From Gammaproteobacteria bacterium (GTDB lineage: Bacteria; Pseudomonadota; Gammaproteobacteria; SZUA-152): a stretch of 39,289 nucleotides of DNA. How positions within the stretch are numbered: the first letter of the stretch is position 1; each line of letters opens with the position of its first letter. The notes under the pieces were generated by a model that saw only the letters and a program-made list of their open reading frames with translations, had not been told where the DNA came from and did no database searches. Of the stretch, positions 18,649-27,611 are shown piece after piece. The position numbers and the translations under genes were made by a program. The stretch is from NCBI GenBank assembly GCA_030613605.1, contig JAUWLO010000001.1:1-39289 (forward strand), read 5' to 3'.

Positions 18649-19743
18649 TCAGTTAATCGCTATCCTTTTTATTTCTTTCACAACTCCGCCAGGATTTTCA
18701 GAATAAGCACCAAGAACCTGCTGCACTCCATTTTGGTTCATATAAGCCATTACAGACTGTACGAGAGGGTATTGATTGCTAATATTTTGTGAGACTGCCC
18801 TCACAGTATTTTTTTCATCTGTGTTTCCATACTTTTGTAAGAAACTCAATGCAAGTAAGCTACCTGCTGCCTCGGTAATAGATTCACCATATACCCTGCC
18901 CATTCTCTGTGCATCATCCTCTCCTAGTGATGTTACCAACTCCCCGGTAAGGCGAAGCGTCGGCTGATGGGTAGTTAAATGTATAATTTCAGTAAAAGGG
19001 GAAATCAATGATGTGGGCCCGTGGATCACGAAAATTGTGCTGCCTATCGGTTTGTGATAAACATCATCAATAATGTAATTAATCGCTCTCTCAACAGGCG
19101 CGACATTTACTAATCCTGGCTGGATCTGTATGCCCTCTCCATTTACACCGTTAACCCTATAGACAAGGTAGGTATGCTTACCTACTAATCCCCTGTATTC
19201 TTTGGTATCTACAAATGACTTGGTGTTATGTTTTGGCAGCAAACTCCAGTCAATATTAACTTCCATCAATCCAGAAACCTGGTTGTATAAGTACTCCTGA
19301 GCAAATTTAGAATATGACAAGAGTCTGTTACTGTGAATGGATGAGTCACACACGCCATAGTGCTGATACGTCCATACAATCCGATTAGTTTTTTTCCAAC
19401 GTATACCCTGATTGGCTAGCACTTTCTTCAATAATGCGATCGGTCTCTGGTAGTTACTTTGTTCTACCCTGTTGGCAGGAAGAACAGTTTCCTTATGTAA
19501 TGCACAATATTTCTGCATTAGTGTGAGTTCATCTATTAGTGGGCCTAGCCCCTCCTGAAAGGAAAACGAGAGCCAGTTTCTATCAGGGGTATTGTTCAGA
19601 TGGATATTGCCAAGTGCGTATTTTGGTATCAATGATACTGCAGCCGTACTTGCGAGCAAATACGACAGGAATTTTCGTCGAGTAAGCTTCTCTGACAAGG
19701 ACCCCTCCTCTTCCTGCATATAAGGTGTTTCGGTAATATCCAC
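18649..19743 (-). CDS. Hypothetical protein with twin-arginine (Tat) signal
   Basis: 364 aa. LTRRKFLSYLLASTAAVSL is Tat-signal-like. The rest has no motif I recognise. The start is either GTG 19743 or ATG 19719. Confidence 0.5.
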   Translation of the reverse strand: MDITETPYMQEEEGSLSEKLTRRKFLSYLLASTAAVSLIPKYALGNIHLNNTPDRNWLSFSFQEGLGPLIDELTLMQKYCALHKETVLPANRVEQSNYQRPIALLKKVLANQGIRWKKTNRIVWTYQHYGVCDSSIHSNRLLSYSKFAQEYLYNQVSGLMEVNIDWSLLPKHNTKSFVDTKEYRGLVGKHTYLVYRVNGVNGEGIQIQPGLVNVAPVERAINYIIDDVYHKPIGSTIFVIHGPTSLISPFTEIIHLTTHQPTLRLTGELVTSLGEDDAQRMGRVYGESITEAAGSLLALSFLQKYGNTDEKNTVRAVSQNISNQYPLVQSVMAYMNQNGVQQVLGAYSENPGGVVKEIKRIAIN

Positions 19744-19811
19744 CTCTTGTATATTATAGTCGCTCCAGGGAAATACTTGTAAAAACCCTTTCAGTATTAA
19801 GGAGTCATTGT

Positions 19812-20276
19812 TTATTTCGTCAACAGGACAGGTATGCTGGAGCCATTGGCAACTTCTCGGCTTACACTGCCAAGAAGAAAATCATGGGTTCGTTTTCCTC
19901 GCGAACCAATAATAATCAGTTCGGCTTCTGACTCCTCTGCGCCAGAGAGAATTTCTTCCGCCGGGTGTCCCACTTTCACCATACAATTTATATCGGTGAT
20001 ACCAGCTTTCTCCAGCATTTTATGATAATGAACCATGATTTTGTCGGCGCGTACATCCAAAGCTTCTTTATACTCGGTTCCTTGCAGGGCTTCTCGTAGA
20101 GTGTCCATCTCTGGGCCCATAACCATTCCCTCTCCAATAAGTGATTGGCCGAGTACTTTCTGTACATAAACCAAAGTAACTGCCAGATTGGTCGTAGAAA
20201 ATAAATCAATTAAAGTCTCGACCGCACGTATTGATCCTTTACTGTCATCAACTGCAATGAGTACTCTCTTCATCAC
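19812..20276 (-). CDS. Universal stress protein (UspA family)
   Basis: 154 aa with VLIAVDDS, LIIIGSRGK and LGSVS motifs. An AAGGAG site precedes the ATG. Confidence 0.85.
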   Translation of the reverse strand: MMKRVLIAVDDSKGSIRAVETLIDLFSTTNLAVTLVYVQKVLGQSLIGEGMVMGPEMDTLREALQGTEYKEALDVRADKIMVHYHKMLEKAGITDINCMVKVGHPAEEILSGAEESEAELIIIGSRGKRTHDFLLGSVSREVANGSSIPVLLTK

Positions 20277-20294
20277 ACACTCCTTTGGGAAGGT

Positions 20295-20328
20295 GAAAAC
20301 AAAGTGGAGTCATGATGACCCCACTTTG
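20295..20328 (-). terminator. Long hairpin plus short T-tract between the rhodanese and usp genes (terminator or processing/attenuator structure)
   Basis: CAAAGTGG (20300-20307) pairs with CCACTTTG (20321-20328). An inner GTCAT/ATGAC pairing extends the stem. On the minus strand the hairpin is followed by TTTT. It ends only about 20 nt before the usp RBS. Confidence 0.5.
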
Positions 20329-20365
20329 TCCGCAACATCAATGCCCTCTCACTTTGATATTTTTC

Positions 20366-21376
20366 TTATTTTTTACCTTCCAGTTTTGCGACCTTCTTCT
20401 CTAACTTTTTGATCTTTTTATTCAAGCCGGCAAAATTGAACCACTGCTCTCCTGCCACAGGATGATCGAGCTGTGACCCATAGACACGCCATGATTCATC
20501 CCAGTTGGCGGGATCTTTAAAGCCAAGCAGCCTCATTTCCAGATAGGTCAACGTGGAACGTGTACCTGTCTGGCAATAGGCAAGAGTACGTTTACCTTTA
20601 TCCAAAGATGAAAAGGCTTTGGAAGTAGTTGCAGCATCAAGGTATGCCGTTGCTTTCATTTTTCCCGATTTCTTATCCTTTGCTTTTGACAGGGTGTCGA
20701 TATGGGAAACATTAATGGTGGTATTGGGTACATGTCCGCCTCTGATGGCACGAATATCTTTACCGATATGCTCCTTTTTGGTTCTGGAGTCTATCAATTG
20801 CACGCCACTGCCTTTGGCAATTTTAAGAACCTCTCCAGTAGAGCCGTATCTTGATGATACAACCTTCGCCTTAAAGGTAGTGGCTGCCTTTTTGACGGGT
20901 TTGTTATCAAGGCGATTGCCTGCTTTGCGCCAGGCATCCAGACCACCATTGAGAACATGAACCTTATCGTGTCCGAGATATTCCATTATCCAGAAACCAA
21001 CAGTGGCATCCGTAAAGGTTTTCATACCATCGTAATAAAACACCACATGAGTATCATTACTAATACCCACTTTCCCAAATAATTTTTCATATTTGGAAGT
21101 GTCTCGGTAAACTCGTGCAGTGTTATCTCGCAATGCCTTCTTGCAGCGTTTACCAAGACTTATGGCGCCTGGAATATGCCCTTTCACATAACCTTTAAGG
21201 CCTCTGCAATCAACAACCACCCAGTTAGATTTGTTGATATTTTTCTTAACTGTATCGGCCGTTACCAAAAGACCGGGATTTGCCCATTTTGCCGCACCTA
21301 ATGCCGTCATGCTGATAAACCCCGACATTAGGACTAAAAACAAAACTATATATTTTGATTTTTTATACATATCCAT
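20366..21376 (-). CDS. Periplasmic tandem-rhodanese sulfurtransferase
   Basis: 336 aa with a signal peptide. It has two rhodanese-like halves, and the second carries the active-site loop YCQTGTRS. The C-terminal tail is KKIKKLEKKVAKLEGKK. Confidence 0.8.
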   Translation of the reverse strand: MDMYKKSKYIVLFLVLMSGFISMTALGAAKWANPGLLVTADTVKKNINKSNWVVVDCRGLKGYVKGHIPGAISLGKRCKKALRDNTARVYRDTSKYEKLFGKVGISNDTHVVFYYDGMKTFTDATVGFWIMEYLGHDKVHVLNGGLDAWRKAGNRLDNKPVKKAATTFKAKVVSSRYGSTGEVLKIAKGSGVQLIDSRTKKEHIGKDIRAIRGGHVPNTTINVSHIDTLSKAKDKKSGKMKATAYLDAATTSKAFSSLDKGKRTLAYCQTGTRSTLTYLEMRLLGFKDPANWDESWRVYGSQLDHPVAGEQWFNFAGLNKKIKKLEKKVAKLEGKK

Positions 21377-21672
21377 AATAAATCTCCTCGCAATAAATCA
21401 TCCGTTCGTTAATTATTTTTCACTTTAATCATATCGTTTTGTCTAAGAGGTCGGGAGCCGAGCCTGGGCCAAAGCAATTATCAGCATTGGGCAGAATCGG
21501 TACCTCCTGTGGTACGAAACATTACTTCCCTACAGTGTTATCAATAGTACGATTGGTTGTAGATTGGAATGATGTATTTGCATCACCTTATCGGTTTAAT
21601 GTGAAATTGATGGGTTATACTGAGGTGTGCGCATTGATGCGTGGAAGTTTATTACTAAAATAGTCAGGAACT

Positions 21673-22680
21673 GTGGACACTAAAAACCCTATCCCTCTGA
21701 TTTCCATTATTATCCCTAACTTTAATGGGGCGAGTACTCTGCGCCAGTGTCTCGGGGCGGTAACATCGCTTAAGGATGAGTGTTTCGAGGTAATCGTTGT
21801 GGATGATGGGTCTCACGACAATTCTGTGGAGATCATCAAAGAGTTTCCCTGCCGATTAATTCAACTAGAGCAGCAGAGTGGTGCCTCAAGGGCACGCAAT
21901 GTGGGAGCCGGAAGCAGCCACGGTGATATTCTTTTTTTTACCGATGCAGATTGCCTGGTTCAAGCAAATACCCTGAGTGTAATCCGGCAAACAATGGCCG
22001 TGAATAACCCAAATGTTATTGTCGGTGGTACCTATACAACCCAGCCCGGGGATAATCGGTTTTTTAGCGCCTTTCAATCGGTGTTTATCAATTTCTCTGA
22101 GACCAAACAACTTAAATCACCCGATTACCTTGCCGGCCATGCACTGGCCATCGATGCAAACACCTTTCGCCAAAGTGAGGGGTTTGCTCAGGATTTTCTC
22201 CCCATACTGGAAGACGTCGAATTCAGTCATCGACTGCGACGGATGGGCAGGCAATTAATCATTGAACCACGTTTTTTGGTTCAGCACATTTTCAATTATT
22301 CCCTCATGGATTCATTCCGTAATGCACTGTGCAAGACCAAGTACTGGGTCGCCTACTCTCTGAATCACCGGGATTTATTGTCAGATTCAGGGACTGCCTC
22401 TCACGAACTTAAAATGAATGTTGTGTGTTTTTATATCTCTATCCTGTCCCTTTACATGCTCCTTGGGCTCGATGTGGGCGGTGCATTATTTGGGCTTGCC
22501 ATGCTTACGATGATTAACCTTACAGTGAACAGGAAGCTTTTCCGGGCCTTTTATGATGCAAATGGATCATTGTTTACCCTCCGCGCCTCTTTATACTATT
22601 TATTAGCTTACCCACTTCCCGTCGGGGCTGGCGCTGTTGCTGGAATCACATACTTTATTAGAACTAAAACGAAGGATTAA
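21673..22680 (+). CDS. Family 2 glycosyltransferase with C-terminal transmembrane segments
   Basis: 335 aa with ISIIIPNFNG, VIVVDDGSHD and FFTDADC (DXD-type) motifs. Two to three hydrophobic helices occupy the last roughly 100 aa, as in polyprenyl-phosphate glycosyltransferases (ArnC/GtrB type). GTG start. Confidence 0.75.
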   Translation: MDTKNPIPLISIIIPNFNGASTLRQCLGAVTSLKDECFEVIVVDDGSHDNSVEIIKEFPCRLIQLEQQSGASRARNVGAGSSHGDILFFTDADCLVQANTLSVIRQTMAVNNPNVIVGGTYTTQPGDNRFFSAFQSVFINFSETKQLKSPDYLAGHALAIDANTFRQSEGFAQDFLPILEDVEFSHRLRRMGRQLIIEPRFLVQHIFNYSLMDSFRNALCKTKYWVAYSLNHRDLLSDSGTASHELKMNVVCFYISILSLYMLLGLDVGGALFGLAMLTMINLTVNRKLFRAFYDANGSLFTLRASLYYLLAYPLPVGAGAVAGITYFIRTKTKD

Positions 22681-22712
22681 CCGGAAAGGATCAAAAGTAA
22701 TACCTGATAACC

Positions 22713-23816
22713 ATGCAAATGTATTCTCCATTCCGCCACGCCCCCGCTCTATTCTGGAAACACAAGCCCATACACTTGACCTTTTTTGTGACACGCCGCT
22801 GTAATGCCAGGTGCCCCTATTGTTTTTACCTCCAGAGCCAATCGCCTGAGTGTGATAACCCTTTAGAGAGTCCAGAAAATGAGTTGTCGCTAGAAGAAAT
22901 CCGGAAATTAGCACCGTCCTTTGGGCGTTTACTCTGGCTTGCCTTTTCTGGTGGAGAAATCTTTCTTCGCAAAGACCTGGTCCAGATTAGTCAGATTTTT
23001 TATGAACACAACAAACCGAGCATTATGCTCTATCCAACCAATGGCCTGATGCCAACTCTGATCAGAAACCAGATAGAACAAATCCTTGCTCATACTCCAA
23101 AGAGTGTCGTGGTTGTTAAATTATCTCTGGACGGTCTAAATGAACGTCACGATGAACTGCGCAATACGCCTCACAGCTTTGAGAAAACCCTAAAGACCTA
23201 TGAATTACTCAGCCCTCTACTTGAGCAATATCCTAATTTTGAACTTGGCGTAAATACCGTTTTTTGCTCCGATAACCAGAACCAGATGGATGAGATTATC
23301 GATTTTGTCGAAACATTAGAGCATGTGAATACTCATACTATTTCCATGATCCGAGGATCTCTCAAAGATACACATTTTCAGGAAAACATTGATTACGATA
23401 AGTATGCGCAGGCAGTGGATCGTCTAGCCATTAATATGAAAGGCTCACCGTCCAATCGCTATCGTTTTAAGGGTGCGGGATTGAAGGCAGCGCAAGATGT
23501 TATACAGCGACGTATTATTCATCGTACCCTGGTGGAACAAAAACGTCAGATACCTTGTTACGCAGGTCGTACTAATTTGGTAATGACAGAGGTTGGTGAG
23601 ATTTATCCCTGCGAATTATTAACAGATAGTTTTGGTAACGTGAGGGATCATGATTACGATATTGAACAAGTAGTTAACACCAGCCAGGCAAAAAATAGTA
23701 TTGCCGATATCGAGTCGGAGTCCTGCTTTTGCACACATGAGTGCAATCTAATGACAAATATTCTCCTCAACCCAAGACTTTTACCTTCCCTGGCTCGGGA
23801 ATATAGCGCGCTGTAG
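22713..23816 (+). CDS. Radical SAM enzyme with Cys-rich C-terminal (SPASM/twitch-like) region
   Basis: 367 aa. The motif CNARCPYC (CX3CX2C) is preceded by FFVTRR. A SGGEIFL glycine-rich SAM motif is present. C-terminal cysteines are CYAGR..(15)..C and CFCTHEC. Confidence 0.8.
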   Translation: MQMYSPFRHAPALFWKHKPIHLTFFVTRRCNARCPYCFYLQSQSPECDNPLESPENELSLEEIRKLAPSFGRLLWLAFSGGEIFLRKDLVQISQIFYEHNKPSIMLYPTNGLMPTLIRNQIEQILAHTPKSVVVVKLSLDGLNERHDELRNTPHSFEKTLKTYELLSPLLEQYPNFELGVNTVFCSDNQNQMDEIIDFVETLEHVNTHTISMIRGSLKDTHFQENIDYDKYAQAVDRLAINMKGSPSNRYRFKGAGLKAAQDVIQRRIIHRTLVEQKRQIPCYAGRTNLVMTEVGEIYPCELLTDSFGNVRDHDYDIEQVVNTSQAKNSIADIESESCFCTHECNLMTNILLNPRLLPSLAREYSAL

Positions 23817-23844
23817 TCTAGAATGAATAATCCGGAAAACCTAA

Positions 23845-25323
23845 TCAGGAAGAAGAATTCAGGCTTGATGGTACCGGAGTACCAGGTTTCTGAAACAGGC
23901 CTTTTTTCGCCCATACCCAAAACAGTGTTCTAATCCCACTCAGTGCCAGCCGACAATCATCCAGACTTCGTAACTGTAACAATCGCCGCATAAGAAATGA
24001 GGGGCGTGAATAAAAACGCTTAAAGGCAAGTTGCCGCAGCGTGTGAATCTGTTCCCTGCTCATGGTGTGGGGAGTAAAAGCGGCTCCCTGATAGGTATAG
24101 TTACTCAAATCTTTAGACACCGTTCCATATTTTTCCAGATTGTCGTAAAGATGGGTTCCCGGGAATGCCGTCAGTGCATGGAAATTGGCTAAATCCGGAT
24201 TGAGTTCAATGGCAAACTCAATGGTTTTCAAGCCATCCTCAAATGTCTCGCCAGGAATTCCAAATAGAAAGGGTGTGCTGACTCTAAGCCCTACTTCCTT
24301 GGCTGCCTTAACAGCCTTACGCGTTTGCTCCAGGGTAATACCTTTGCGTAAGGTGTTTAGGTTTTTCTGTACACCACTCTCTGCACCGAAAAGAATGGCC
24401 CAACACCCTGCTTCTTTCATGGCACGCAATAAGGGTTTATCTACCTGGTTTACGCAGGACGAGGCAAACCAGGTGAAATCCAGTCCTTCTGATTTAATTG
24501 CCTTTGCCAGAGTCATCGCCCGGTCGTAGTCAGCAGCAAAGGTATCATCAATAAACTTTATTTCTCGGTAACCTTGATCCAGACACGCCCGTATTTCACT
24601 CAATACATTCTCGACACTGCGGTATCGAATTCCACGCTTACCACTTTTTCTGTTTTTATCCGTCTGGGAGCAAAAGATACAGCGCCGATTACAGCCTCGT
24701 GCTGTGATCATTACGGCGACCGGTTTACGTCGATAGGTTGCAGGTGGTGGGGTGTAATCATCGATATCACCTAGAAGGTCTCTTGCTGGCAGCGGTAGTG
24801 CGTCCAGGTCTTCGATTAAAGGCCGAGCCTGATTTTCTATAATTTCGTTATTTTCTCTAAAAATAATTCCTTGTACGTCGCGTAGTGACAAACCGGCCTC
24901 AAGGTGATTCACCATTTCAGTAACCGTCACTTCTCCCTCACCTGTTACTACGGCATCAATACTACTGGTATTCTCCTCTAAACATTGTCGTTGTTTTGCT
25001 ATTGGGAAGGGGCCACCAACAGCGATAAACACTGAGGGATATAAACGTTTAATGTCATTGGCAGTGCTTACGGCTTTATTCCAGCCGAATGTGGTTGAAT
25101 AGATTCCGACAAAAGCAGGGTCAAATTGAGCTAGACTCTGAATGAGTTCGGATTGTGTCATAAAGGCCCCATTGTAGAATTTCACCTCGTGGCCCGCATT
25201 TTGCAAACATGCAGCAACATATAGCGTACCCAGTGGTTGCCAGTAATTGATCTGAAAACCGGCAGTCTTGGTGGGAAATAATTCTTCCGGTAACCAGGAA
25301 GGTATGACAAGGGCGCATTTCAT
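23845..25323 (-). CDS. B12-binding-domain radical SAM enzyme (class B)
   Basis: 492 aa. The N-terminal Rossmann-like B12-binding-type segment (ALVIPSW...GHEVKFYN...FVGIYSTTF...IAVGGPFP) is followed by ARGCNRRCIFC (CX3CX2C). A TAAGGAG RBS precedes the ATG. Confidence 0.85.
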   Translation of the reverse strand: MKCALVIPSWLPEELFPTKTAGFQINYWQPLGTLYVAACLQNAGHEVKFYNGAFMTQSELIQSLAQFDPAFVGIYSTTFGWNKAVSTANDIKRLYPSVFIAVGGPFPIAKQRQCLEENTSSIDAVVTGEGEVTVTEMVNHLEAGLSLRDVQGIIFRENNEIIENQARPLIEDLDALPLPARDLLGDIDDYTPPPATYRRKPVAVMITARGCNRRCIFCSQTDKNRKSGKRGIRYRSVENVLSEIRACLDQGYREIKFIDDTFAADYDRAMTLAKAIKSEGLDFTWFASSCVNQVDKPLLRAMKEAGCWAILFGAESGVQKNLNTLRKGITLEQTRKAVKAAKEVGLRVSTPFLFGIPGETFEDGLKTIEFAIELNPDLANFHALTAFPGTHLYDNLEKYGTVSKDLSNYTYQGAAFTPHTMSREQIHTLRQLAFKRFYSRPSFLMRRLLQLRSLDDCRLALSGIRTLFWVWAKKGLFQKPGTPVPSSLNSSS

Positions 25324-25334
25324 CCTGTTTCTCC

Positions 25335-26756
25335 TTAAGAGTCTCCTGAAAACATTGTCGTTGAAACCATTCCATTCATTTGCATTTGTTTTCGCTGAAT
25401 TTCTTCTGCCACATCGAAACCCGCTTTCATAGCGTGGTCCATATTGTAATACTTAAACATCCCTCCTCGACCTGCCGTGTACAGATTTTCAAACTTTTCC
25501 AGATATTGATTAATTGTATGGCAGTGGTCACTGTAACCGATCTCAAATAAAGGATAGGCATTTGGAATTCGCATCACCACCTGGTCAATAATATCCTTCT
25601 GATCGATGATGCCGAGGTCATGCAGAATTTTGCTGGTACTGGTAATCAACTCAAAATCTTCACTATTCCACGTTTTGTCACCACGAAAACAGAAATACTC
25701 AATCACCAGAAGTGATTTTCCGGGTGGCGCCATACTGTCACTCCAATTGGTTGGCTCGTGAATACGACCAAATGGAATGGATTTTTCCGGTACATAAATC
25801 CAGGTGTGGCCAGTAACGCGAGGTCGATTGACCATAAGGGTGACCGTCACAAGATCACGGCTGCGTAATTGTGAAGCGGCCTTCAATACATGCTCTGGTG
25901 GTTTTGGTCTTAAGGCGTTGACAAGAACAGGGAGTGGAATGGTGGAAACAAAATGGCTTGCGGATAATTGACCTGGTCGATCATTACATAGTATTTCCAC
26001 ACTTTGAATTCGCGAGTCTGAGTGATTAACAAAACGCACACGTGATTGTGTATATATGGTGTGTTTTTTACATATATCCGCAGCCAGATTGTCGGTAATT
26101 TGGCCTATACCTTTTCGTGGATAAAGGAAACGGTCTGCCAGTGTGGTGAATTTCTTTTTACTGGTAGGCAGTATGGCTTTTGCAATGGCCTTCCCTAAAG
26201 ATAATCCTTGAATTCGCTGTTCTACCCACCGTTGATCAATGTGCTGGCATTCTATGCCCCAAACCTTTTCACTATAGTCACGAAAGTAGATATTGAACAT
26301 AGTGCGGCCAAAATTGGCCACCACCCAGTCTTCAAGTGATGCTGGTATTTCGGTAGTGAATTGTGCGCGAATGCGCTCATAAATATAATCCGCCAATATC
26401 TTTGCCGACATTTTTGGCCCAAAAGCGGATAATGCCTTGAAAGGTTTTAGAGGGTAATCAAAATAACGATTTCGGAGTAGAATCTTACTTGAGCGGGGAA
26501 CGACAAGACAATCCTCGTTGAGGATAGTTCGTACAAAAGTATCCAGTTCCTGGTCATTGGTAACAAACCGATGGCCGCCCAAATCAAAACGAAAACCATT
26601 ATGTTCAATGGTGCGTGCCAGACCACCTATATTTTTACCTGCTTCTATAACAGTCACAGGGAAATTAGCTTTGGTTAGCGCGTGGGCGGTACTCAGACCA
26701 GCTAATCCTCCGCCCATAACCAATGCATGGTTAATCGTATTTACTCTGTCATCCAA
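25335..26756 (-). CDS. FAD/NAD(P)-binding oxidoreductase (amine oxidase / protoporphyrinogen oxidase / UDP-galactopyranose mutase superfamily)
   Basis: 473 aa with the dinucleotide fold VMGGGLAGLSTAHAL...VIEAG..IGG, plus FDLGGHRF and FLYPRKGIGQI motifs. The TTG start is preceded by GAGGTGA and lies 9 nt after the stop of the upstream small ORF. Confidence 0.75.
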   Translation of the reverse strand: MDDRVNTINHALVMGGGLAGLSTAHALTKANFPVTVIEAGKNIGGLARTIEHNGFRFDLGGHRFVTNDQELDTFVRTILNEDCLVVPRSSKILLRNRYFDYPLKPFKALSAFGPKMSAKILADYIYERIRAQFTTEIPASLEDWVVANFGRTMFNIYFRDYSEKVWGIECQHIDQRWVEQRIQGLSLGKAIAKAILPTSKKKFTTLADRFLYPRKGIGQITDNLAADICKKHTIYTQSRVRFVNHSDSRIQSVEILCNDRPGQLSASHFVSTIPLPVLVNALRPKPPEHVLKAASQLRSRDLVTVTLMVNRPRVTGHTWIYVPEKSIPFGRIHEPTNWSDSMAPPGKSLLVIEYFCFRGDKTWNSEDFELITSTSKILHDLGIIDQKDIIDQVVMRIPNAYPLFEIGYSDHCHTINQYLEKFENLYTAGRGGMFKYYNMDHAMKAGFDVAEEIQRKQMQMNGMVSTTMFSGDS

Positions 26757-26765
26757 AACTCACCT

Positions 26766-26972
26766 CTACTCGGTTAAGTCTTTATAGTAATCCTGTAGCT
26801 CCTCGCTCACACCCTCTGGTGCCGAGCCCTCGGATCCAGCCCCATAACCACCTGCATCAGGAGCTTCAAAGTAACCCGGTTCTACACCCGTACCATAGGA
26901 TATTGTCCAGCCAATAAAAAACGATAACATGCAGCTAACAATAATGATTGCTGACCATTGATAGATTTTCAA
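26766..26972 (-). CDS. Small single-pass membrane protein with acidic C-terminal tail (paralogue 1)
   Basis: 68 aa. The TTG start is preceded by a strong GGGAGGGAG SD. It has one N-terminal TM helix and a Gly/Glu-rich tail ending VSEELQDYYKDLTE. It is a paralogue of 27036-27227. Confidence 0.55.
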   Translation of the reverse strand: MKIYQWSAIIIVSCMLSFFIGWTISYGTGVEPGYFEAPDAGGYGAGSEGSAPEGVSEELQDYYKDLTE

Positions 26973-27035
26973 TGTTCTCCCTCCCTATTCTTGTTAATAA
27001 AGGGACAGTGTTGCTCAACAATGCAGTCCACGGCC

Positions 27036-27227
27036 TCATTCTGCCTCTTCGGACAATTGTTCGTAATATTTTTCCATATCTTCACTGACATCCGATTTCA
27101 GGCCTATAGCCTCGCTCTTATCTCCACCAATCATCCCAACCTCTATCATGGGCGGTAAGCTGTAACCCATTAGAAATCCCATAAACACTGTCACCACCAG
27201 AATGACAACCCAGAGTCCGTTTTTCAT
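27036..27227 (-). CDS. Small single-pass membrane protein with acidic C-terminal tail (paralogue 2)
   Basis: 63 aa from ATG 27227 (the track uses TTG 27242). It has the same architecture as paralogue 1, and the tail ends VSEDMEKYYEQLSEEAE. Confidence 0.5.
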   Translation of the reverse strand: MKNGLWVVILVVTVFMGFLMGYSLPPMIEVGMIGGDKSEAIGLKSDVSEDMEKYYEQLSEEAE

Positions 27228-27331
27228 TGTATAGGCCCCCAAATATTACGATCACAATCAGCTAGTTTTTCATAAATAAGCGTTATTACATTTATGATTT
27301 GATCGTTATTTTTAAAGATCATTTTTCTAAC

Positions 27332-27577
27332 CTACGCCTTTTCTATATCCCATAAGAACTGGCCGCCTTCCTTGCTTTGTGAAACGATTTCATCGCCTGT
27401 AATATCGCACATGGCAGCAATAGATTCACCAGAGGAAGGGTTATCAAATATCACCTGTAAATGATCACCAGATTCAATTTTTGATAATGCCTTTTTGGTA
27501 TAGATTTGTGGGTGTGGACATACATAACCTTTTACATCCAGACGATAGTGTCCTTCAGATTGTTTTTCAAAATTCAT
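27332..27577 (-). CDS. TusA-family sulfur carrier protein
   Basis: 81 aa. LDVKGYVCPHPQIYTKKAL carries the CP-X-P active-site motif. The DHLQVIFDNPSS segment follows, as in TusA/YeeD. Confidence 0.8.
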   Translation of the reverse strand: MNFEKQSEGHYRLDVKGYVCPHPQIYTKKALSKIESGDHLQVIFDNPSSGESIAAMCDITGDEIVSQSKEGGQFLWDIEKA

Positions 27578-27611
27578 GATACATTCCTCCTATGATTAAC
27601 TGGACTTGTTA

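Noticed and set aside
21439-21663. 74-aa TTG-start ORF in the 296-bp gap between the rhodanese gene and GT2
   Set aside because: It has no SD, a rare start codon and no recognisable motif. The region is more likely the divergent promoter or leader of the two flanking genes.
21377-21672. Possible cobalamin or other riboswitch ahead of the GT2 / radical-SAM genes
   Set aside because: I looked for a B12-box-like element and for stable conserved helices and found only short 4-5-bp stems. This cannot be supported without a covariance-model scan (Rfam/Infernal), which would settle it.
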